This document shows, piece after piece, positions 26,877 through 35,170 of a stretch of 39,835 nt of DNA. The translations under genes were made by a program, and so were the position numbers. The notes beneath the pieces are model-generated. The model was given only the letters and a program-made list of their open reading frames with translations, did not search any database and was not told where the DNA came from. The stretch covers positions 1-39,835 of IMG/VR virus record IMGVR_UViG_3300047090_000046; one strand, given 5' to 3'. Source of the DNA: a virus (taxonomy: Duplodnaviria; Caudoviricetes). The first letter of the stretch is position 1, and each line of letters opens with the position of its first letter.

Positions 26877-28325
26877 ATTAGCAGGTACCTGCGGTATGCG
26901 ACTCCGCTTCCGGTCCAAGTAACGGGCGTCGGGACCCGGATCATCCGGCCGCCTGCCATCGCCAGCGGGACGACGTTCACCCTGGATGGGTCGGCTGCGT
27001 CGATCAGCCTGACGACGGGTGACACCACGCTTACTGGTGCGTTGACTGGTTCCGCTGCGTCGACGTCCCTCACAACAGGTGACGTAACCCGACAGGGTGT
27101 GCTGACGGGTGCCGCGTCTAGTACCTCGAGCACGGCGGGTTCGGTCACGGCAACCGGGGTGCTCACTGGTGCGGCGGCGTCTACCTCTGCCACGTCGGGT
27201 GCGGTCGGGACTGTCCAGACGTTGACCGGTGCTGCAGCGTCGACCAGCTCGACGACGGGCGGGGTGATCGTCGCGGCCAGCCTGGCGGGGTCCGCTGCCA
27301 GTACGAGCACGACCAGCGGTGCCGTGACCCGGACAGGTGCGCTCGCGGGGTCGTCGGTCAGTGTCTCGTCAACAACCGGGGCTGTCACCGCTCAGGCCGT
27401 GCTCACCGGTGCGGCGGCCAGCACTTCCACGACCACCGGCGCGGAGACAGCGCAGGGTGTCCTGACCGGTGCCGCGGTGTCGACGAGCACCACGACGGGT
27501 GTATTCGGCTCGGCAGGTTTGGCGGGGTCCGCGGTCAGCGTCTCGTCAACGACCGGCGGAATGGTCGCGACGGGTGTCCTCGCAGGGTCGGCGCTGAGCG
27601 CATCGACCACGGGCGGCGCGGTTGTGGCTGCGGCTGTGTTGGCGGGTTCGGCGGTCAGTACCTCGAGCACAACCGGTGCGGAGACAGCGCAGGCCGTTCT
27701 GTCGGGCGCGGCTCTGTCGACGTCGGTCACCGCTGGGGTTGAGCGCTTGACTGGGGTCCTGTCGGGCGGGGCCGTGTCGGTTTCCATCACTACCGGCGCG
27801 GAAACGCTCACAGGCAAACTGACGGGCTCCGCAGTGTCGGTGTCGTCGACGTCCGGGTTCGTCACCATCACCGGTGCACCGATCACCTACCCGCTGACCG
27901 GCGCCGCGGTGTCGACCAGCTCGACGACGGGCGGGGTCACTGCGGCGGCTGTCCTCGCCGGCGGCTCGGTCAGCGTCTCGTCGACGACCGGCGCAGCGAC
28001 CAGGCTCGGCGCCCTGACCGGCGGCGCTGCGTCCGTCAGCGCGACCACCGGCGCCGACGTGCTGCAGGCCGTACTCACCGGCGGCGCTGTGTCGGTGTCG
28101 TCGACCACCGGGGGGATGCTGGCCGGTCTCGTCGCGGCCGGGTCCGCAGTGTCGGTGTCCGTCACGACAGGGCAGCTCGACCTGGTCCTGCTGATCGTTG
28201 GGGTGGCGGCGGCCGGCCGGCTCGGCGCCCGCGTCGTCATCACCACGCTAGGGGCAACACCCGTCTCGACCCCGCTCGGTGCCCGCGTTGTGCCAACCCT
28301 GGTGGGAGCATCGGTGCATGGCTGA
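26877..28325 (+). CDS. Fibre-like protein with about 20 tandem 20-aa repeats; probable ATT start
   Basis: Repeat L(T/A)G(A/S)A(A/V)S(T/V)S.TTG; frame open from 26865, GAGGGG 8 nt before ATT 26877; first repeat lies upstream of the track start 27042. Confidence 0.72.
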   Translation: MSRYLRYATPLPVQVTGVGTRIIRPPAIASGTTFTLDGSAASISLTTGDTTLTGALTGSAASTSLTTGDVTRQGVLTGAASSTSSTAGSVTATGVLTGAAASTSATSGAVGTVQTLTGAAASTSSTTGGVIVAASLAGSAASTSTTSGAVTRTGALAGSSVSVSSTTGAVTAQAVLTGAAASTSTTTGAETAQGVLTGAAVSTSTTTGVFGSAGLAGSAVSVSSTTGGMVATGVLAGSALSASTTGGAVVAAAVLAGSAVSTSSTTGAETAQAVLSGAALSTSVTAGVERLTGVLSGGAVSVSITTGAETLTGKLTGSAVSVSSTSGFVTITGAPITYPLTGAAVSTSSTTGGVTAAAVLAGGSVSVSSTTGAATRLGALTGGAASVSATTGADVLQAVLTGGAVSVSSTTGGMLAGLVAAGSAVSVSVTTGQLDLVLLIVGVAAAGRLGARVVITTLGATPVSTPLGARVVPTLVGASVHG

Positions 28326-28623
28326 CCTACTGATCAAACGAGGCTCGACCGCGCCGTTCCTGACGATCGACCTAACGGAAGGCGGCGCACCGGCGGACCT
28401 GACCACGGCGACCCTGGTCCGGCTCACCGGGCGCAAGGGCGGGGTCACGCTGATCACCGCTGATCTTCCATCCCGTGACCCCGCCGGGAGGGTCGTATAC
28501 CAGTGGGCACCGACAGACCTCGCGACGGTCGGTGTGTGGCGGTTTCAGGTGGATGTGACGAAAGCGGGGAAGGTCGCGAAGCACCCGACAATCGTCGTTG
28601 AGGTCGTCGACTCACTATCCTAA
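28318..28623 (+). CDS. BppU N-terminal-like (baseplate/appendage) protein
   Basis: IKRGSTAP.L…PADLT.A…GRVVYQW..TDL.TVG.W..QV.VT..G…P motif. Confidence 0.7.
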   Translation: MADLLIKRGSTAPFLTIDLTEGGAPADLTTATLVRLTGRKGGVTLITADLPSRDPAGRVVYQWAPTDLATVGVWRFQVDVTKAGKVAKHPTIVVEVVDSLS

Positions 28624-28627
28624 CCGG

Positions 28628-28651
28628 GTCACGGGGTGTAACATAGTTGGG
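28628..28651 (+). promoter_or_regulatory. Operator copy and -10 of the early-region promoter
   Basis: GTCACGGGGTGTAACA; TAACAT 28639 lies 7 nt before ATG 28652. Confidence 0.68.
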
Positions 28652-28933
28652 ATGCGCCCAACTACCCACGGAGGCCCGCACGTGCCCAAAACAGCAGTAC
28701 CGAAACGACCCGGCCCGGACCGGTCACCGGTCTACATCAGCGACCGTAACCAGCTACTCGCAGCGGCGTTGACCGCCGGTTACCCAACACTGGACGCGCT
28801 CGCCAACGCGGTCGGGGTGTACCGCGAATCCCTCTCGAAGATCGCCAACGGACACCGCCCGGTCACCGCGCAATTCGAGGCGAAGCTGAGGGAGGTTCTA
28901 CCCGACGCTGATAAGTGGCTGACCAGCAAGTAA
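28652..28933 (+). CDS. XRE/Cro-like helix-turn-helix regulator (alternative start GTG 28682)
   Basis: TLDALANAVGVYRESLSKIANGHRPVT is a typical XRE HTH. Confidence 0.82.
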   Translation: MRPTTHGGPHVPKTAVPKRPGPDRSPVYISDRNQLLAAALTAGYPTLDALANAVGVYRESLSKIANGHRPVTAQFEAKLREVLPDADKWLTSK

Positions 28934-28958
28934 CCCAACACCTAACGGAGATCATCGA

Positions 28959-29426
28959 ATGACGGAACTAAACCAGGCAGCGTACGAACGCGCGCTGCTA
29001 CTCAAAGAGCTATCCAACCGGGTCGCGAAAGCCATCACGGACAACAAACGACACCTGCAGGATCTCCCGGAAGGCACGACGCTCCGGATCAAACTCGAAG
29101 GCGAGGTCGTCGGAAGCGTGGCGATGACGGTCGGCTCGAGGTCGATCATCGTCACAGACGAACCGGAGTTCGTCGACTGGTGCGACGAGTTCCACCCCGA
29201 CGAGGTGGAGGTCATCACCCGGGTCCGGCCGTCGTTCATCGAACACGGCCTGGTGATGATCGACGACGCGGTGATCGACAGGCAGGGGAACATCGTTCCC
29301 GGTGTCGCTGTCCGCACGGGCACCGGGTATCCGGCGGTGAAACCAGCGAAGGACAAAGGCGATGTCCTTTGGGCTGCGGTGAGGTCCCGTGTGCTCGAGC
29401 TGACCAGCGGCACCGACGATGACTGA
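28959..29426 (+). CDS. Hypothetical protein typical of recombination-module neighbours
   Basis: AACGGAG RBS; VTD..F..W…P.EV…VRPSF…G.IVPGV motif. Confidence 0.7.
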   Translation: MTELNQAAYERALLLKELSNRVAKAITDNKRHLQDLPEGTTLRIKLEGEVVGSVAMTVGSRSIIVTDEPEFVDWCDEFHPDEVEVITRVRPSFIEHGLVMIDDAVIDRQGNIVPGVAVRTGTGYPAVKPAKDKGDVLWAAVRSRVLELTSGTDDD

Positions 29427-30255
29427 ACCACGGCAGGTCAGCGTGTTCGAGGCCGTGTCCGCCGCGATGGGCGACGTCCGCGCGGTCGGGAAGGACAGCA
29501 AGAACACATCACAGGGTCAGGGTTTCATGTTCCGCGGCATCGACGCGGTGATGGACGCGGTCGGGCCGGCGTTCCGGCGGCATGGTGTTGTCGTGGTTCC
29601 CCGGAAGATCAAGGCGATCGAATACACCACGGTCACGGTTGGTGCGAAGCAAACGGTGATGGCGTCGGTGCGGTTGCAGATGGTTTACCGCTGGTTCGGT
29701 CCGTTGGGTGACCACTACGACACCGAAGTCCCGGGCGAGGCGTTCGACAGTGGCGACAAGGGCACAGCGAAGGCGATGAGCGTCGCGTACAGGACGTTGC
29801 TGATTCAAGCGCTGACCCTGCCGACTGGGGATCGTGACCCTGAGTCGGACAGCTACGACAGGTTTGGTCACGATTCGAGCGCTGAGCAGGCAGCGGATAT
29901 CGGGCGGTGGACGGGTGAAGTGGCAGCGGCAGGGCTCGACAAGGCGAAGCTGTCCGCGTTGTGGGGTCGGATGAAAGCGGAATGGGACAACGTTCCTTGG
30001 TCCCCGGATCGTTTGGCGATCATTCAGGCCGCTGTCGACCGGGCAGCACAGCAACCGGAACAGCAACCGGACGCGGTGAGCACCGACGACCCGGAAGTGC
30101 TCGAAGCTCAGTGGCTCGAGGATCTCGACCAGGCCGCGGCCGCGCGTGATCTCCCGACGCTCCGGAACATGCTCAAGCAAGCGCAAACAGATCGGCGGTC
30201 TGATCGGCGGAAGATCGTTGCCGCGACGATCGCTGATCTCACGGAGGGCAAGTGA
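29419..30255 (+). CDS. ERF-family single-strand annealing protein
   Basis: FRGIDAVM…PA..RHGV and GEAFDSGDKGTAKAMSVAYRTLL.Q.L.LPT.D.DP motifs. Confidence 0.9.
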   Translation: MTEPRQVSVFEAVSAAMGDVRAVGKDSKNTSQGQGFMFRGIDAVMDAVGPAFRRHGVVVVPRKIKAIEYTTVTVGAKQTVMASVRLQMVYRWFGPLGDHYDTEVPGEAFDSGDKGTAKAMSVAYRTLLIQALTLPTGDRDPESDSYDRFGHDSSAEQAADIGRWTGEVAAAGLDKAKLSALWGRMKAEWDNVPWSPDRLAIIQAAVDRAAQQPEQQPDAVSTDDPEVLEAQWLEDLDQAAAARDLPTLRNMLKQAQTDRRSDRRKIVAATIADLTEGK

Positions 30256-30350
30256 AGCGACCCGACGTAGTTGAGTGGTTCCTGATCGTGGCGGCGCTTT
30301 CGCTGATGTTCGTCATCGGTGTTTGGGTTGCTGCGCAGATGACGCAGTGA
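30252..30350 (+). CDS. 32-aa single-TM membrane protein (absent from ORF track)
   Basis: GGAGG RBS; GTGA overlaps at both ends; MKRPDVVEWFLIVAALSLMFVIGVWVAAQMTQ. Confidence 0.62.
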   Translation: MKRPDVVEWFLIVAALSLMFVIGVWVAAQMTQ

Positions 30351-30568
30351 GCGCGGTCTACCGGGTCACGGTGAAACTCCCGAAGTCTGTCGGGACGGTC
30401 GTGGTTCGTGCCGCGGACCGGGCAGAAGCGAAACGGCGGGCGCTTGGGCAGCTCGCGAGCATGGGACACGTCGTGACCGATCAGGACGTGATGCTGTGCC
30501 GCAAGGACAGCAAGACAGCAGGCGGCGGCAACGGGCCGAAGCCGACGAACGGAGGGAAACCAGCATGA
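30347..30568 (+). CDS. Hypothetical protein
   Basis: GTGA/ATGA coupling to both neighbours. Confidence 0.58.
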   Translation: MSAVYRVTVKLPKSVGTVVVRAADRAEAKRRALGQLASMGHVVTDQDVMLCRKDSKTAGGGNGPKPTNGGKPA

Positions 30569-31839
30569 CGGATGGGTTCGTAGAGTTCGAGGTCGGAACA
30601 CTGGACTTACGGCGGGGTTTGCAGGCGGTGGCGCCGCACGTGCAACCCGACCCGCAAGCACCGGACACGCACCGGGTCAGGGTGGAGGTCAACGACAACG
30701 GAGAAATATTATTGCTCGCGACTGATGGTTTTACGGCGGCTGTGTATGCGGCCAGCGGGTCGAACGTCGCGTGTGTCGGGATGGACTACTTCGACCTGCA
30801 CCCCGCGGACGTCGTGAAGATCCTGGCGGTGTTCAAGGCCGGGAAGGACGACGACCCCGACTCCCCTGATTCGGTGCTGCGGTTCAAGGTCACGGAAAAG
30901 CTGTGCACCATCCGCGACGTGTCCGGACTGTTCGAGGGTCACGAGCTCGAGCTACCGGCGACCCCGCCGGGGCAGTGGCCGAACGTCGCGGAGGCGTTTG
31001 GGCAAGCGCTGGTCGATCTCGACCCGGCTGGTGTGGGCGGCCCGCAGGCACGTGTGTGGCCTATGCAACTGTCCGGGAAGATGCTCGAACGGTTCGGGAA
31101 GTCCGCACGCGCGATAAACGCGCCGATCGTGCTTTACCGGGGTCGGGGTCCGCTGATCGTCCAGTGCTCGGACACGTTCGCCGGCGTCGTCAACCCGTCG
31201 ACGATCAGCGACGAGCAACGCGATAAGTACCAAAGTCAGCGGTTGTCGTGGTCGGACAGCATGAGCCATCTCGGTGCGGTGGTGACTGGCCGGCGGGCGG
31301 CCGCCGACGAAGTTGACGAACGCCTAGCGGCGGCGATCCGGTTCACCGGGGTTCGTCAGGCGGTAACGGTGAAGGGGATCCGGGATGAGCTGGGCATCGG
31401 GAAAGCCGAGGCGGATCAACTGTTGACGGACTTGTTCGATCTTGGGTTGATCGGGCCGGCGGCGCGTGGGAAGGCCCGGGCTGCGTTGTTCTCCCCGGAT
31501 GAGGTTGACGCGGTGCTCGAGGCTGTCCGGTTGGGTGAGCCGTGGGCACCTGCACCGGACGAGGTCGGGACCGATCCGTTCACCCCGCCAGTCGAGCCGA
31601 ACGAAGCGGAGACCGACGATCCCGCGCCGACGCATGAACCGGTCCCGGATGATGACTATTTCGATCCTGGGGCAACTGAGACGGTCGGATACCCGGGCGC
31701 TGATGACCCCGGAGACCTGCCAACCGAAGCGCCCACGTCACCGTTCAGTGAGCCGGTTGTGCCGCCCGACCCGTTCAAGGACAGCGACGGCAACGTGTGG
31801 CCGACCCTGCGTGATCCGTTCGGCGCGGGCGGCGCGTGA
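30565..31839 (+). CDS. Beta-clamp-like N-terminus plus FtsK gamma-like winged helix and acidic tail
   Basis: LLATDGFTAA resembles DnaN VATDGHRLA; IRDELGIGKAEADQLLTDLFDLGLIGPAARGKAR resembles FtsK gamma. Confidence 0.62.
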   Translation: MTDGFVEFEVGTLDLRRGLQAVAPHVQPDPQAPDTHRVRVEVNDNGEILLLATDGFTAAVYAASGSNVACVGMDYFDLHPADVVKILAVFKAGKDDDPDSPDSVLRFKVTEKLCTIRDVSGLFEGHELELPATPPGQWPNVAEAFGQALVDLDPAGVGGPQARVWPMQLSGKMLERFGKSARAINAPIVLYRGRGPLIVQCSDTFAGVVNPSTISDEQRDKYQSQRLSWSDSMSHLGAVVTGRRAAADEVDERLAAAIRFTGVRQAVTVKGIRDELGIGKAEADQLLTDLFDLGLIGPAARGKARAALFSPDEVDAVLEAVRLGEPWAPAPDEVGTDPFTPPVEPNEAETDDPAPTHEPVPDDDYFDPGATETVGYPGADDPGDLPTEAPTSPFSEPVVPPDPFKDSDGNVWPTLRDPFGAGGA

Positions 31840-32090
31840 TGGATTGGGGACTCATAAAAGAGCGGGTCCGGCCGCTACTGCAAGCGATGGGCATGAGTAA
31901 GGCGACGATCGCTGACGTGTTCATCATCACAGCGGAGCCGACCCCGTCAGGGCATGACCGGGAGTTCATCGTCACGTGGCAGGAGTACGCCAAGGACAGC
32001 GCGGGTCATTCGGTTGTGTTGGCTGATGGGTCGGGGTTGGCGAAGGTCACGAAGCGCGCGGCCGTCGTGGTCGATTTCATCCCGTTCTAG
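31839..32090 (+). CDS. Hypothetical protein
   Basis: TGATG coupling; about 83 aa. Confidence 0.6.
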   Translation: MDWGLIKERVRPLLQAMGMSKATIADVFIITAEPTPSGHDREFIVTWQEYAKDSAGHSVVLADGSGLAKVTKRAAVVVDFIPF

Positions 32091-32096
32091 ACGGGT

Positions 32097-32131
32097 GATG
32101 CCTGGCACCGGGGGGGGCGGTGCCAGGCATC
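32097..32131. terminator. Perfect 14-bp hairpin with poly-G loop (terminator/regulatory)
   Basis: GATGCCTGGCACCG-G7-CGGTGCCAGGCATC; no U-tract. Confidence 0.55.
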
Positions 32132-32249
32132 GGCGGTAAAGTCCCCGCAAGCGCTCGACCCTCGCGAGGTCGGGCACCGAAACGATCAGGAACGGTGATC
32201 GCATGACGAATCGTACCCAACCCCACCGACAATCAGCACCGGCATTCCG

Positions 32250-32870
32250 GTGAGCTGGCAGGCGTCCGGATGGGCGCTCAAAGAATCCCCCGCGAAAGAC
32301 TGCCAAGCCGTCGTGATCCTGATGGCGATAGCTGACCATGCGCACCCTGACGGGACAGCGGCGTGGCCGTCACAGGCGACCATCGCTGACTACGCGCGGT
32401 GCAGCATCCGAACCGTTCAGCGACGACTAGCGGAGCTTGAGGCGTATGGGCTCATCCGGCGGGGCGACCAGAACCTAGTGAGTCACCTACCGAAGATGCG
32501 GCGGCCCATCGTGTGGGATCTGGCGCTGGAGATGACACGACAGCCTGACGTGTCACTTGACGGAAGACACGACACGGGTGACGGGTCAGACACGACACGG
32601 GTGACGGGTCAAGACACGACACCTGTGTCGTACAAACCGTCCTTTGAACCATCCTTGAACCATCCTTACGAGCAACCCCGAATTTCCGGCGGTATCCCGC
32701 CATCGCTCGCTGCGCTTCGCTCGGCGGATCTCTGCCCGCATGAGGCGATCGTCGGTCAGTGCGCGCTCTGCCGGACAACCCGCACCATCGAACGACCGCA
32801 ACCACGATCGGCGCCTCGCTGCCAGCACGGCGAACCGATCCACCGTCACCCCGACTGCGTCGCGATATGA
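32250..32870 (+). CDS. Replication initiator (N-terminal HTH_36-type)
   Basis: MSWQASGWA…ILMAIADHA…AWPSQATIA…SIRTVQRRLAELE..GLI; internal iterons. Confidence 0.85.
   Translation: MSWQASGWALKESPAKDCQAVVILMAIADHAHPDGTAAWPSQATIADYARCSIRTVQRRLAELEAYGLIRRGDQNLVSHLPKMRRPIVWDLALEMTRQPDVSLDGRHDTGDGSDTTRVTGQDTTPVSYKPSFEPSLNHPYEQPRISGGIPPSLAALRSADLCPHEAIVGQCALCRTTRTIERPQPRSAPRCQHGEPIHRHPDCVAI
32534..32631. repeat. Iterons / probable replication origin inside initiator gene
   Basis: Tandem 23-bp GACACGACACGGGTGACGGGTCA at 32566 and 32589; further GACACGACA copies at 32534 and 32613; palindrome ACGACAC-CT-GTGTCGT. Confidence 0.72.
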
Positions 32871-32915
32871 CCTATCGGAATCCGACGCACCCGGCTACCC
32901 ACGAACGGACGACTG

Positions 32916-33965
32916 GTGAACGAAACAGATGACCCAATCGCGTTAGCGCGGATCGCGCCGGAACCGATCGGACTACCGAAACCGCGGATCTATCACAGCG
33001 ATGAAACGATCACCCTGCACGAAGGCGACGCGCTCACAGTGCTGCGCGACCTGCCGGCAGGGTCCGTCGACTGTTGCGTCACATCACCCCCGTACTACGG
33101 GCTCAGGGATTACGGGCACCCCGACCAGATTGGCGCGGAAGCCACCCCCGCCGCGTATGTGGAGCGGTTGCGGTTGGTGTTCGCGGAGGTTCGTCGGGTT
33201 CTGGCCGACGACGGCACCCTATGGCTGAACATCGGAGACAGCTACGCAGGTTCGTGGGGCGCGCAGGGCAAGACAGACCAGGGGCTGCACGGCAAAGTGG
33301 TCTCAGCTCGAGCCTACGGTGGCGGCGCGTCGCAGACAGGCAAGATCCGGGAAGGGATGCCGGCCGCTAAGAACCTGATGGGTGTGCCGTGGCGGGTTGC
33401 GTTCGCGCTCCAAGATGACGGTTGGATTCTGCGTAACGCGATCGTGTGGAACAAGCCGAACGCGATGCCGGAGTCCGTCACGGACAGGCTCAGCACCCGC
33501 TACGAAATGCTGTTCATGTTCAGCAAGAACCGCAAATACTGGTTCGACCTAGACCCAATCCGGGAAGCGCCAGCAACGTCAGACCGTGTCTATGCAGTTC
33601 GTGACTACGCGCAGGCGGATGGTTCATGGGCACAAGGATCTGGTGGGACGCACCGTAACTCCGGCCGTGATGGGGTGGGACTGAATCCTGCCGGCCGCAA
33701 CCCGGGGGATGTCTGGGACATTGCCACCACCCCGTTCCCTGGGTCGCACTTCGCTGTGTTCCCTCCTGAACTACCGCGTCGTTGCATAGTCGCTGGCTGC
33801 AAACCCGGTGGCACGGTGCTCGACCCGTTCCACGGCTCCGGGACAACAGGGATGGTCGCGGTTCGCAACGGACGCAGGTATGTCGGGATCGAACTGAACC
33901 GGGAATATCTTGACCTGTCCATGCGGGCGAGGCTCGCTGACGGTGTCCTAGCGTTCGATGAGTAA
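32916..33965 (+). CDS. DNA methyltransferase, N6A/N4C beta class
   Basis: TSPPY catalytic motif; HFAVFP; VLDPFHGSGTT SAM-binding motif; GIELN. Confidence 0.93.
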   Translation: MNETDDPIALARIAPEPIGLPKPRIYHSDETITLHEGDALTVLRDLPAGSVDCCVTSPPYYGLRDYGHPDQIGAEATPAAYVERLRLVFAEVRRVLADDGTLWLNIGDSYAGSWGAQGKTDQGLHGKVVSARAYGGGASQTGKIREGMPAAKNLMGVPWRVAFALQDDGWILRNAIVWNKPNAMPESVTDRLSTRYEMLFMFSKNRKYWFDLDPIREAPATSDRVYAVRDYAQADGSWAQGSGGTHRNSGRDGVGLNPAGRNPGDVWDIATTPFPGSHFAVFPPELPRRCIVAGCKPGGTVLDPFHGSGTTGMVAVRNGRRYVGIELNREYLDLSMRARLADGVLAFDE

Positions 33966-33980
33966 CCCCTATCGCATTCC

Positions 33981-34004
33981 TGTCACGGCGCGTAATCTGA
34001 ACGC
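33981..34004 (+). promoter_or_regulatory. Operator copy overlapping -10 of a leaderless promoter
   Basis: TGTCACGGCGCGTAATCT, then 6 nt to ATG 34005. Confidence 0.7.
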
Positions 34005-34217
34005 ATGTCTGTTGAGGCGCCCGACTACGTCCCCCGCTGGGGCGACGTCAGCTCAGAGCGCGCACGGATGCGGAACCTCTCACTCGGCGTCCCCTGCCCC
34101 AGTTGCGGCGCGGGAATCGGGGTGATCTGCACCAACTACGTAACCTGTCTGCCGCTGTCCTGGCGGCTCCCGGCTCATACTGCTCGGCTGATCGCAGTCG
34201 GGTACGGCAACCACTAA
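34005..34217 (+). CDS. Small zinc-finger protein
   Basis: VPCPSCGAGIGVIC…HTAR. Confidence 0.68.
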   Translation: MSVEAPDYVPRWGDVSSERARMRNLSLGVPCPSCGAGIGVICTNYVTCLPLSWRLPAHTARLIAVGYGNH

Positions 34218-34227
34218 CGGAGATCGA

Positions 34228-34443
34228 ATGCCCTACATGATTCCGGGTCCGCTCCAACCGGACCCGCTGACAGTCCGTTGCCCCGGATGCGAGCGACCCG
34301 TAGGCGTCGTCTGCTATGAGATCGAACAGATGGGATCTCCTGACGGTGCGTCAACGTGGGACGTTCCCTACGATCTGACCGCTGCGACGTCGCACTATTC
34401 GCGGATCAACGCGGCGGCGCTCGCTGCGGCGAAACGGTGCTGA
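34228..34443 (+). CDS. Small zinc-finger protein (same motif as upstream gene)
   Basis: VRCPGCERPVGVVC…HYSR; AACGGAG RBS. Confidence 0.68.
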   Translation: MPYMIPGPLQPDPLTVRCPGCERPVGVVCYEIEQMGSPDGASTWDVPYDLTAATSHYSRINAAALAAAKRC

Positions 34444-34928
34444 ATGTTCGGCCGGCGCCGATCGAGTGGCGAACCGGCAGCATCACCACGCACGGCATCA
34501 CACCCCAACAGGGCTCCAAGACGCTGCGGACAGCCAAGAACGGCCGGCAGTACATGGCGGAACCGAAGGCGAACGAGATCCGCGCATTCCGACGACAAGT
34601 GGCTGAGCTGGTCAAGGCGAAGTACCCGGGGCTTAGCCGGCTCGAACCGATCCTGACGGATCATGTTCCGGTGGCGATCCGGATTGTGTTCCGGATGCCG
34701 TTGCGGAAGTCCGACCCGCCACCAGAACGATTCCTGCCGATGATGGCGAACGTTCCGACAGTCTGGTTCACCGTGGCGCCAGACGTGGATAAGTTGACCC
34801 GCGCTGTGTTCGACGCGCTCACAGAGGCGCATGTTTGGTATGACGACGCGCAGGTCTGCGACGTCCGCGCTATCGCCATCCGTCACCCGATGGTTGGCGC
34901 CACAATCGAATGGAGATCACTCGCATGA
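34437..34928 (+). CDS. rusA: RusA-family Holliday junction resolvase
   Basis: PQQGSK and PDVDKLTRAVFDALT..VWYDDAQV motifs. Confidence 0.9.
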   Translation: MLNVRPAPIEWRTGSITTHGITPQQGSKTLRTAKNGRQYMAEPKANEIRAFRRQVAELVKAKYPGLSRLEPILTDHVPVAIRIVFRMPLRKSDPPPERFLPMMANVPTVWFTVAPDVDKLTRAVFDALTEAHVWYDDAQVCDVRAIAIRHPMVGATIEWRSLA

Positions 34929-35170
34929 GTCCAGCAACGAAGCTCTACATTGACACAGTCGACGGACAGGCGCAGGACGGCGGGCGCGGCGTGGAAGCGG
35001 TCGCGTTCGGTGTGTTCGCGTCCGGTGCGATGCGCGCAATGAGTGGGTTACCGGTCGATCAGATGGCGGCAGCTGTCGGGCTGTGGCGGTCGATGCCGCT
35101 CGAGGATCGCGCCCGCTGGTTGCAGCGCGGCCGGGACACCATCACCTACGCGCTGTCGTACGTGCCGTGA
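34925..35170 (+). CDS. Hypothetical protein
   Basis: ATGA overlap, GGAG RBS. Confidence 0.58.
   Translation: MSPATKLYIDTVDGQAQDGGRGVEAVAFGVFASGAMRAMSGLPVDQMAAAVGLWRSMPLEDRARWLQRGRDTITYALSYVP

Noticed and set aside
26982-28200. 60-bp periodic repeats as CRISPR array or DGR
   Set aside because: Degenerate in-frame coding repeats with no spacers; no cas or reverse transcriptase gene seen.
30565-31839. Full FtsK translocase or true dnaN
   Set aside because: No Walker motifs; only partial resemblance to each.
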